A DNA stretch of 64,000 bases. It comes from an uncultured Actinomycetes bacterium. Its GTDB lineage: Bacteria; Chloroflexota; Dormibacteria; Aeolococcales; Aeolococcaceae. The position numbers were made by a program, and so were the translations under genes. The stretch covers positions 653 to 64,652 of the forward strand of contig CAZCJX010000004.1 in NCBI GenBank assembly GCA_964499205.1, written 5' to 3'. Positions 42,381 through 50,509 of this stretch are shown in pieces. Under the pieces are notes generated by a model. It searched no databases. It had not been told where the DNA came from and saw nothing but the letters and a program-made list of their open reading frames with translations. Each line of letters opens with the position of its first letter. Position 1 is the stretch's first letter.

Positions 42381-43058
42381 ATGGCCGCCATCCCCGTCCT
42401 CGACCGCGAGCACTTCAGCGACCGCGCCGAGCAGTTGGAGGCGACCAGCCGGCGGCTGGCCGGTGAGGCGGAGATCCCCGCCGACGTCTGGCAGCTGGTC
42501 GACACCATCGCCGACGAGGTGTTGGCGATCTCGCGGGACGACCTGGCCCGCATGGACCCGTACCTCTTCCTCGCCCTGCAGCAGGGCGCGCTGGCCGCGT
42601 ACCGCGCCATGCACGAGCCCGACCCCGCCAGCGAGCGGCGCCAGCTGCGCATCGGCCTGGAGCGGATGCGCCAGGCGCTGCGCGACGTCGCCGAGGAGGC
42701 GCCGGTGCGCGACGCGCGGCCGGCCAAGGAGGTGGCCCGCTGGCTGGCCGACACCCTGCACGTCTCCCAGGCGGCGCTGGCCGAGCTGGCCGGCACCGCG
42801 CCGCGGACCTTCCAGCGCTGGATCAGCGCCCAGGACGCGAGCGCGCCGCAGGGCGAGGAGGAGCGGCGCCTGCGGACCGTGGCCCGTATCGCCAACCAGC
42901 TGCGCCACGCGCTGAGCGGTCCCGGGGTGCTCGCCTGGTTCCGGCGTCCCCGACCGGAGCTGCAGGGACGCTCCCCCGCCGAGCTGCTCGCCGACCCGCT
43001 GGCCACGCCCGACCTGCTGGCTCTGGCCGCCGCGGCGCGGTCGAGCAACGCGGCGTAG
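42381..43058 (+). CDS. Xre/MbcA/ParS-like antitoxin (DUF2384 C-terminal domain) with an N-terminal extension.
   Basis: The C-terminal RLRTVARIANQLRHALSGPGVLAWFRRPRPELQGRSPAELLADP matches the toxin-neutralising domain of Res-Xre / MbcA antitoxins. It ends 27 nt before the RES gene. Confidence 0.8.
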   Translation: MAAIPVLDREHFSDRAEQLEATSRRLAGEAEIPADVWQLVDTIADEVLAISRDDLARMDPYLFLALQQGALAAYRAMHEPDPASERRQLRIGLERMRQALRDVAEEAPVRDARPAKEVARWLADTLHVSQAALAELAGTAPRTFQRWISAQDASAPQGEEERRLRTVARIANQLRHALSGPGVLAWFRRPRPELQGRSPAELLADPLATPDLLALAAAARSSNAA

Positions 43059-43085
43059 CGGCGGTCGGTCGGACGCCGCCGAGCC

Positions 43086-43709
43086 TTGCCGCGCGAGGTC
43101 GTCGCCTATCGCCTGGCCGCCTGGGACACGCCGTTCTGGGTCAACGCCAACCGCTCGTCGGGACGCTACAACCGCGCCGGCGTGGCGGCGACGCAGTACC
43201 TCTGCCTGCATCCCCTCGGCCCGTGGGCGGAGTACATGCGCCGCGAGTCGCTGCGCACTGCGGACGACATCGCCGAGGTTCGGCAGCGCATCTGGGCTGC
43301 GCGCGTGGTGTTGCCCGACGACGCCGGCGAGGCGGTGCTCAACTTCGCCACCGCGCGCTCGTTCGGTCTCGAACCGCGTGCTCTGGTGGCCGACGACCAC
43401 GACGCCTGCCAGCGGTTCGCCGAGCGCTGGCGCGGCGAGCATCCCGGCGGAGTGCTGCGGGTGCCCAGCGCGGCGCTGCCGGGCACGCAGAACCTGGTGC
43501 TGTTGGGCCCGCGGCTGCTGGTCGACTACCAGGTGGCGCTGTGGGACGGCGACCTCGACGTGCCCGCCGCGGTGATCGCCGACCGCGCGCAGCCGCCGGC
43601 GTCGCTGCTGCCGTTGGTGCGGCATCGCGGCATGGCCCATGCGGAATACGAGGCGTGGCGGCGCGGGCGCGCCTTCGTGTTCAGCGAGCCGGCGTTTCCC
43701 ACGCCCTGA
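43086..43709 (+). CDS. RES-domain toxin (NAD+-targeting, MbcT/ParT/Res-like).
   Basis: R-E-S triad context: GRYNRAG (Arg), PLGPWAEYM (Glu), VPSAALPGTQNLVL (Ser). It starts with AYRL like family members. Confidence 0.85.
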   Translation: MPREVVAYRLAAWDTPFWVNANRSSGRYNRAGVAATQYLCLHPLGPWAEYMRRESLRTADDIAEVRQRIWAARVVLPDDAGEAVLNFATARSFGLEPRALVADDHDACQRFAERWRGEHPGGVLRVPSAALPGTQNLVLLGPRLLVDYQVALWDGDLDVPAAVIADRAQPPASLLPLVRHRGMAHAEYEAWRRGRAFVFSEPAFPTP

Positions 43710-43724
43710 GGTGGCGCGGGCGCT

Positions 43725-44951
43725 CTATGCGAGCGGGATCACCTCGACCACGGTGCCCTGCTCGACGCGCGTGCCCTCCGCCGGCAGCGCGATCAGGCAG
43801 TCGGCGATCACCAGCGAGCGCATGATCCCCGAGCCCTGCGGCCCGGTCAGCCGCACCCCCGGCAGCTCGCCGTGCTGCACCTCGGTGAGCACGCCGCGGT
43901 GGAACGTCTCCAGCCCCTCGGGCTTCTCCATGTCCTCTAGGGCACGCGCCGCGATCCGCCGGCGGTGCACCTCGGTCGCGCCCTGCAGCGCCAGCACCGC
44001 GGGACGAGCGAACAGCTCGAAGGTCACCTGCGAGCTCACCGGGTTGCCGGGCAGGCCGATGAACGGCACGCCCTGCGCCTGGCCGACGGCGAGCGGCTTG
44101 CCGGGGCGCATGGCCACCCGCCAGAAGTCCATGCTGCCCATCTCGTCGACGACGTCGCGGACGTGGTCGTGGTCGCCCATGCTGACGCCGGCGCTGCTCA
44201 CGATCAGGTCACACCTGGCAGCTTCTCCCAGGGCGCGGCGCAGGTCGACCACGGTGTCGCGGGCGATGCCGATGCGCACCGGCTCGCCGCCCGCCTCGCG
44301 CACCGCCGCGGCGATGGCCACCGCGTTGCTGTCGACGATCTGCCCGGGGCCGGGCTCGCGGTCGACGTCGACCAGCTCGTCGCCGGTGGACACCACGGCG
44401 ACGCGCGGGCGGCGGGTGACCTCCAGCCAGGGATTGCCCAATGCGGCGCAGGCGGCGAGGTCGGCGGGGCGGAGGCGGCGGCCGGGGCTGAGGATCTCGT
44501 CGCCGGGGTTCATGTCCTCGCCCGCGCGGCGCACGTTGGTGCCATAGCTGACAGCAACGCTGATGCGCACGCGCTCGCGGCCGCTGTCGGTGTCCTCGTA
44601 GCGGACCACCGCGTCGGCGCCCTCGGGCAGCGGGGCGCCGGTCATGATGCGCATCGCCGTGCCGCGCTGCAGGGCGCGTCCCGGCGCGGCGCCGGCGCGC
44701 GATTCGCCGACAACGGGCAGCTCGATCGGGTTGTCCGGGCTGGCGTTCTCGGTGTCGCGGGCGCGCACGGCGTAGCCGTCCATGCCGGAGTTGTCGAACG
44801 GCGGCAGGGTGCGGCGGCTGACCACCTGCATCGCCAGCACCCGGCCGAGCGCCTCGGTGAGGGCGACGCGCTCGGTGCGCAGCGGGCGAATGGCGGCGAG
44901 GATGCGGTGCTGCGCCTGGCTGACCGTCTGCATGGGCGCGACCGTGGCCAT
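43725..44951 (-). CDS. moeA: Molybdopterin molybdenumtransferase.
   Basis: PPFDNSGMDGYAV, GDELV, GLPGNPVS and MoeA domain order. The upstream ORF extension is Arg-rich junk. Confidence 0.9.
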   Translation of the reverse strand: MATVAPMQTVSQAQHRILAAIRPLRTERVALTEALGRVLAMQVVSRRTLPPFDNSGMDGYAVRARDTENASPDNPIELPVVGESRAGAAPGRALQRGTAMRIMTGAPLPEGADAVVRYEDTDSGRERVRISVAVSYGTNVRRAGEDMNPGDEILSPGRRLRPADLAACAALGNPWLEVTRRPRVAVVSTGDELVDVDREPGPGQIVDSNAVAIAAAVREAGGEPVRIGIARDTVVDLRRALGEAARCDLIVSSAGVSMGDHDHVRDVVDEMGSMDFWRVAMRPGKPLAVGQAQGVPFIGLPGNPVSSQVTFELFARPAVLALQGATEVHRRRIAARALEDMEKPEGLETFHRGVLTEVQHGELPGVRLTGPQGSGIMRSLVIADCLIALPAEGTRVEQGTVVEVIPLA

Positions 44952-44956
44952 GGCCG

Positions 44957-45966
44957 CTACTGCTGCGCCTCGGCCTGCAGCGCCGCGGCGAAGACGCGCC
45001 TGGCCTCGCTCGGGTCGCCGGGGCGCGCGGTCGGCAGGTCGACGCCGTAGCGCAGGCGGTTGGCGGCGTAGACGGCGCGCAGGGCAGGCACGGGGACGCC
45101 GTGCGAGTCGGCGCGGCGCACCACGTCGCCGAGCAGCACCTCGAGCTCGCTGTCGCGGCCGGCGGCGAGGTCGCGGTGCAGCGAGGAGCGACCCTCGGGG
45201 TCGGTGCTGGCGACGCCCTGGGCGACCACCTCGACCAGCCCGGGGTCGACGGGCACCCCCTCGGCGACGGCGACCTGGCGCACCTCCTCGACCAGGGTGC
45301 GGAAGGTCTGCATCATCTCGGGCAGCTCGCGGAACTCGCCCACGGTGCGCCCGGTCAGCGCGGTGATGCCGCTCAGCGGGGCGAGCAGGCAGAGCTTCTC
45401 CCAACAGACGCGGCGCCCGTCCTCGTCGGCGGCGGCGAGGAGGCCGGCGGCGGACCAGCGCCGGGCGATCTCGACGGCGCGCTGGTGCAATGCGTCGTCG
45501 GGGCTGTCGAGCGGGCCGAAGCGGTAGAGCCGGGGACCGCCGAGGACCTTGACCACGCCGGGCTCCTCGAGGTGGCTGAAGATGTAGACGCTGCCGGCCA
45601 GCACCCGGCCGGGCGCGGCGCCGGCCAGCGGGCCGTCGAGGTGGACCACCCCGTTCTGCACCGCCAGGGCCACGGCGTTGTCCTGGCAGCGGGCCAGGTA
45701 CGCGGGAAGGTCGGCGGCGAGCTGGGCGAGGCTGGCGTGCTTGACGGCGAGCACCACGACGGCGGCGGCAGGCGCGTCGTCGAGGCTGCGCGCGACCTCG
45801 ACGCGGGCGGGCGGAGCCTCGGGGCGCTGCGGGTCGTCGAGGCGCAGGCCGCCGCGCTCGATGGCGTCGGCGTGGGCACCGCGGGCGACCACGGCGACGT
45901 CGAGCCCGCCGGCGGCGAGCACCGCGGCGAGGTAGCCCCCGACGCCCCCGGGTCCGACGACGAGGC
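44957..45966 (-). CDS. 2-dehydropantoate 2-reductase (ketopantoate reductase, PanE/ApbA family).
   Basis: The N-terminal Rossmann VVGPGGVGGYLAAVL and a C-terminal ApbA_C region. Its stop is 5 nt after the moeA start. Confidence 0.85.
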
Positions 45967-46064
45967 AGTCAGCCATAGGACTGCTGAGCATAGGGCGCGG
46001 CGCCGCGCGGGTGCCGTCTGGCGGCGGTGCTGCTTTCTCCGAGGCGTCCTTGGCGCTGAGCGCG

Positions 46065-46277
46065 CTAGGACATGTCCACCCAGGGCGACTGCTCGCCACC
46101 CTCGGTGCTCTCGTCCTCGGAGCGCTGGCGGTAGCGCTCGGCCACCATCTTGTAGGCGACGTTCTTGGGCAGCCCGAGCTTGACCAGGGACTTGACCTCG
46201 TCGGCCATCACCTTGTCACGCGCCGTCTCGATGGCGGCGATGACGTCGTCGATGTGGACCGGGGCACGCTTTGCCAT
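46065..46277 (-). CDS. Small hypothetical protein (70 aa).
   Basis: MAKRAPVHIDDVIAAIETARDKVMADEVKSLVKLGLPKNVAYKMVAERY..., with good GC3. No domain assignment. The upstream ORF portion was discarded. Confidence 0.4.
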   Translation of the reverse strand: MAKRAPVHIDDVIAAIETARDKVMADEVKSLVKLGLPKNVAYKMVAERYRQRSEDESTEGGEQSPWVDMS

Positions 46278-46369
46278 ACGGTCGTGCAGTCTACCACCGC
46301 CCTGTCGAACCCAATCCTGAGCCGCGGGCACGCGGCGCCAGGTCGGTCCTCCCGCATACTTGGAGCTCG

Positions 46370-47731
46370 ATGGCCTACCTTCCCAACACGGACGCCGACC
46401 GGCGTTCGATGCTCGATGCCGTGGGGGCCAGCCGCATCGAGGACCTCTTCTCCTCCGTCCCCGCACAGCTCCTCGACCCGCGCCTCGACCTCCCCCCGGC
46501 CCTCTCCGAACAGGAGCTGGTTGCCGACCTGGAGCGGCTCGCCGCCCGCAACCGTCCGCTGAGCGCCTGGGAGTCGTTCCTCGGCGCGGGCGTGTATCGC
46601 CGCTTCATCCCGGCCATCGTCAAGGGCACGATCTCCCGCCCCGAGTTCTACACCGCGTACACGCCGTACCAGGCGGAGGCGTCGCAGGGGACACTGCAGA
46701 CGATCTTCGAGTTCCAGTCGATGATCTGCGCGCTGACCGGCATGGACGTGGCCAACGCCTCGCTCTACGATGGCGCCACCGCGGCGGCCGAGGCGTTGAT
46801 GCTGGCGGTGACACATACCGGGCGCAAGCGCGTCGCGGTGAGCGCCGCGGTGCATCCCGAAGCGCTACGCGTCATCGAGACGTATGCGCAGGGGCGCGGG
46901 GTCGCCGTCGACGTCGTCGCGCACCGCGACGGCGTCACCTCGCTCGACGACGTGCGCGCCACGCTGAACGAGCAGCACGCCGGGCTCATCGTCGCCCAGC
47001 CGTCGTTCTTCGGTTGCCTCGAAGAGCTGGCGCCGCTGGCCGACGCCGCGCATGCGGTGGGCGCGCTGGCCATCGCGTCCGTCGATCCCATCGCCTGTAC
47101 GGTGCTGGTGCCGCCCGGTGAGGCGGGCTTCGACGTCGCCGTCGGCGAGGGGCAGCCGCTAGGCATTCCCGCGTCGTACGGCGGCCCGCACGTGGGCTTC
47201 ATGGCCACGCGCGACGCGCTGGTGCGGCGCCTGCCGGGACGGCTGGTCGGCATGAGCGTCGACCATCGCGGACGGCGTGCGTACACGCTGACGTTGCAGG
47301 CGCGCGAGCAGCACATCCGCCGCGAGAAAGCGACCAGCAACATCTGCACCAACCACGCGCTGATGGCGCTGGCGGCGACGATCTACATGGCCCAGATGGG
47401 CGCGGGCGGGATGCGCGCCGTCGCCGAGGTGAGCGCGCAGCGCGCCCACGTGCTGGCGCAGCGGCTGGCCGCCCTGCCGGGATTCTCGGTGGCGTTCGAC
47501 CGGCCGTTCCTCTGGGAGTTCACCCTGCGCGTGCCCGGTGAGGCGGCGCTGCTCGCCGAGCACATGCGCGAGAGCGGCATCATCGCGGGGCTGCCGCTGG
47601 GCGGCGGCGACCCGTCGCTGCACGACGCGCTGCTGGTGTGCTGTACCGAGATGACGCCGCCAGCGGCGATCGACCACTACGTCGACACCGCGCGGCGATT
47701 CGCCGAGCTGCCCCAGGAGGTGCGGGCATGA
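46370..47731 (+). CDS. gcvPA: Glycine dehydrogenase (decarboxylating) subunit 1.
   Basis: ATG with GGAG Shine-Dalgarno. YTPYQAEASQGTLQ and other P-protein N-terminal-half blocks. Confidence 0.95.
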   Translation: MAYLPNTDADRRSMLDAVGASRIEDLFSSVPAQLLDPRLDLPPALSEQELVADLERLAARNRPLSAWESFLGAGVYRRFIPAIVKGTISRPEFYTAYTPYQAEASQGTLQTIFEFQSMICALTGMDVANASLYDGATAAAEALMLAVTHTGRKRVAVSAAVHPEALRVIETYAQGRGVAVDVVAHRDGVTSLDDVRATLNEQHAGLIVAQPSFFGCLEELAPLADAAHAVGALAIASVDPIACTVLVPPGEAGFDVAVGEGQPLGIPASYGGPHVGFMATRDALVRRLPGRLVGMSVDHRGRRAYTLTLQAREQHIRREKATSNICTNHALMALAATIYMAQMGAGGMRAVAEVSAQRAHVLAQRLAALPGFSVAFDRPFLWEFTLRVPGEAALLAEHMRESGIIAGLPLGGGDPSLHDALLVCCTEMTPPAAIDHYVDTARRFAELPQEVRA

Positions 47732-49326
47732 GCACCGGCGACTGCCAGCCGACCACCCCGCCCGAGGACGGCGCGACGGTGGACGCCGCTGTTCCAGCCG
47801 TGAATGGCCAGAAGTCGGCGGTGCAGCCCGGAGCCGGCGGCACCGTCGCCGCCCGCACGGTGGAGGCCGCCTGGGCCGGCGACGAGCCGCTGGTCTTCGA
47901 GCTGAGCAGCGACTACGACGGCGGCCCGCGCACCGTCGCCGCCGGCGTCGAGGCGCCACCGCTGGCCGAGCTGCTGCCGGCGTCGGCGCTGCGCACCTCG
48001 GCGCCCACCGTTCCCGCGGTGCCCGAAGCGGTGCTGGCGCGCCACGTCGGTCGCCTGGCCCGGCGCAACCATCACCTGCACCACGGCATCTACCCGCTCG
48101 GCTCCTGCACGATGAAGTACAACCCGGTGGTCGACGAGCAGCTCGCCTCGCTCGACGGCTTCGCCTCGCTGCATCCCTACCAGGACGACAGCGACGCCCA
48201 GGGCGCCCTGGAGGTGATGTGGGAGCTGGAGCGCATGCTCTGCACCGTCACCGGCATGGCCCGCATGTCGCTGCAACCCGCCGCCGGCGCGCACGGCGAG
48301 TGGACCGGGCTGCGCATGATCCAGGCCTACCACGCCGCGCACGGCGACACCCACCGCACCCGCGTGCTGGTTCCCGACAGCGCGCACGGCACCAACCCCG
48401 CCTCCGCGGCGCTGACCGGCATGGAGGTGGTGACGGTCAAGTCCAACCACGACGGCACCGTCGACGTCGAGGACTTCAAGGCCCACCTCGACTCCAGCGT
48501 TGCGGCCATCATGCTGACCAACCCCAACACGCTCGGCGTGTTCGAGAAGGACATCCTGGAGATCGCGCGCGCCGCGCACCAGGCGGGCGCGCTGCTCTAC
48601 TACGACGGCGCCAACCTCAACGCGCTGGTCGGGGTGGCGCGGCCCGGCGACATGGGCTTCGACGTCGTCCACCTCAACCTGCACAAGACGTTCTCGACCC
48701 CGCACGGCGGCGGCGGCCCGGGCAGCGGACCGGTGGGCGTGGCGGAGTCGCTGGTCGACTTCCTGCCCGTGCCGACCGTGGAGAAGCGCGACGGCGGGTT
48801 CGTCCTCGACCACGACCGTCCCCGGTCGATCGGCAAAGTGCGTTCCTACTACGGCAACTTCGGCATGCTGGTGCGCGCCTACGCGTACATCCGGGCCTAC
48901 GGCGACACCCTGCCCCAGGTGGCGCGCGACGCCGTGCTCAACGCGCGCTATCTCCAGGCGCGCCTGGCGCCGCTGTTCCCCATGGCGGTGGACACGCCGT
49001 GCCTGCACGAGTTCGTCGCCTCGACCCAGGGCGGGCGCGTCGCCGGGCTGCGCGCCGTGGACGTGGCCAAGCGGATGATCGACTACGGCGTCTACCCGCC
49101 GACGGTGTACTTCCCCACTACGGTGCACGAGGCGCTGATGTTCGAGCCAACCGAGACCGAATCCAAGCAGAGCCTGGACCAGCTGGCCGACATCTGCGCG
49201 GCGATCGTCAACGAGGCGGAGCGCGACCTCGCCTTCGTGCAGGCGGCGCCGCACAATGCGCCGGTGGAGCGCGTCGACGAGGTGCAGGCGGCGCGCCGGC
49301 CGGTGCTGCGCTGGAAGCTCCAGTGA
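47728..49326 (+). CDS. gcvPB: Glycine dehydrogenase (decarboxylating) subunit 2.
   Basis: ATGA overlap with gcvPA. PLP region NLHKTFSTPHGGGGPG. It has an unusual ~50-aa low-complexity N-terminal extension before the conserved EPLVFELS. Confidence 0.95.
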   Translation: MSTGDCQPTTPPEDGATVDAAVPAVNGQKSAVQPGAGGTVAARTVEAAWAGDEPLVFELSSDYDGGPRTVAAGVEAPPLAELLPASALRTSAPTVPAVPEAVLARHVGRLARRNHHLHHGIYPLGSCTMKYNPVVDEQLASLDGFASLHPYQDDSDAQGALEVMWELERMLCTVTGMARMSLQPAAGAHGEWTGLRMIQAYHAAHGDTHRTRVLVPDSAHGTNPASAALTGMEVVTVKSNHDGTVDVEDFKAHLDSSVAAIMLTNPNTLGVFEKDILEIARAAHQAGALLYYDGANLNALVGVARPGDMGFDVVHLNLHKTFSTPHGGGGPGSGPVGVAESLVDFLPVPTVEKRDGGFVLDHDRPRSIGKVRSYYGNFGMLVRAYAYIRAYGDTLPQVARDAVLNARYLQARLAPLFPMAVDTPCLHEFVASTQGGRVAGLRAVDVAKRMIDYGVYPPTVYFPTTVHEALMFEPTETESKQSLDQLADICAAIVNEAERDLAFVQAAPHNAPVERVDEVQAARRPVLRWKLQ

Positions 49327-49904
49327 CGGCGGCCGCATCGGACCTCGACGCCCTGCGCGCCGAGCTGCACGCGCTGCTCTACGAGCGGTCCTTCCGGTTC
49401 GGCGACTTCGTCCTGCGCAGCGGCCGGCGCAGCGACTTCTACTTCGACGGCAAGCAGGTCACCCTCGACGGGCGCGGCCTCTACCTCGTCTCGCGCCTGA
49501 TCCTGCAGCGCTGCCATGAGCTCGGCGTCAGCGCCGTGGGCGGCATGACGCTGGGCGCCGACCCCATCGCCGCGGGTGTCGCCGCCCTGAGCGGTGCCGA
49601 GGATGCCACGCCGCTGCAGGCCTACATCGTCCGCAAGGAGGTGAAGGACCACGGCACCGGCAAGCCCATCGAGGGCCCCGCGCTGCAAGCCGGGCAGCGC
49701 GTCGCGCTGGTCGAGGACACCATCACCACCGGCGGGGCCGTGCTGCAGGCGTACGACCGCGTCCTCGAGACCGGCGCGGAGGTGGTCGAGGCGATCGTCA
49801 TCGTGGACCGCGAGGAGGGCGGCCGCGAGGCCCTCGCCGAGCGCGGCCTGCCCCTGCACGCGCTGTTCCGCCGCAGCGAGTTCCCCGCCCCCGCGCGCAC
49901 CTAG
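49323..49904 (+). CDS. pyrE: Orotate phosphoribosyltransferase.
   Basis: GTG start overlapping the gcvPB stop (GTGA). PRPP-binding VALVEDTITTGGAV. 193 aa. In the track it appears only as the tail of a long out-of-frame ORF. Confidence 0.9.
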   Translation: MTAAASDLDALRAELHALLYERSFRFGDFVLRSGRRSDFYFDGKQVTLDGRGLYLVSRLILQRCHELGVSAVGGMTLGADPIAAGVAALSGAEDATPLQAYIVRKEVKDHGTGKPIEGPALQAGQRVALVEDTITTGGAVLQAYDRVLETGAEVVEAIVIVDREEGGREALAERGLPLHALFRRSEFPAPART

Positions 49905-50104
49905 CTTTCGGAGCGGCGGGAGGCTCTCGCCGGCTACTACGGCGTCTCCGGAAGTGGAGTTGGCGCACCAGCTACTCGCCGAGCAGAGGGTGGTAACGCG
50001 CTGGGCAAGAGGATGACCGCAGGGGGGCACAGCGGAGAGAGTCCGCCGGACTAGGCCGCCCTGACCTGGTGCGCTCCCCGTGGCAGACTTGGCGGCGCAC
50101 CGCC

Positions 50105-50425
50105 ATGGCCGATCCCTCCCCGCCGCGCCGCACCCCCGGCGGCTACGTCCCGCCGCAGCTGCTGCGCCCGCGCCCGCCGGCGGGCAACGGCCATGACCCC
50201 GAGCGGCCCCTCAACCTGAGCCGCTCCGCGTGGGAGGACATCGACGAGGAGGATGCCCAGCGCGTGTCCGCCGAGCGCGTCCGCTTCCAGCGCGTCGCGG
50301 AGATCGATGATGTGGCGCAGGTCCGCGCCTCGGGGCGGCCGTCCCGCGCGGTGCTCGTCGGGGTGCTGATCGTCGTCGCCGCCGTCGTGCTGGCGGTGAT
50401 GCTGTACCGGATGGCCCCGCCGTAG
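50105..50425 (+). CDS. Hypothetical protein with C-terminal TM anchor.
   Basis: High GC3, a Pro/Arg-rich N-terminus, and a C-terminal hydrophobic helix VLVGVLIVVAAVVLAVML. No homology signal that I recognise. Confidence 0.4.
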   Translation: MADPSPPRRTPGGYVPPQLLRPRPPAGNGHDPERPLNLSRSAWEDIDEEDAQRVSAERVRFQRVAEIDDVAQVRASGRPSRAVLVGVLIVVAAVVLAVMLYRMAPP

Positions 50426-50509
50426 CGAGGCCATCCGGCCAGTTCCCCTTGTTCCCTGCCCCCTGCTTCCGCCCCCTGGGTGCGAGCGCGCTTGGCGCTC
50501 AGACGTTGC

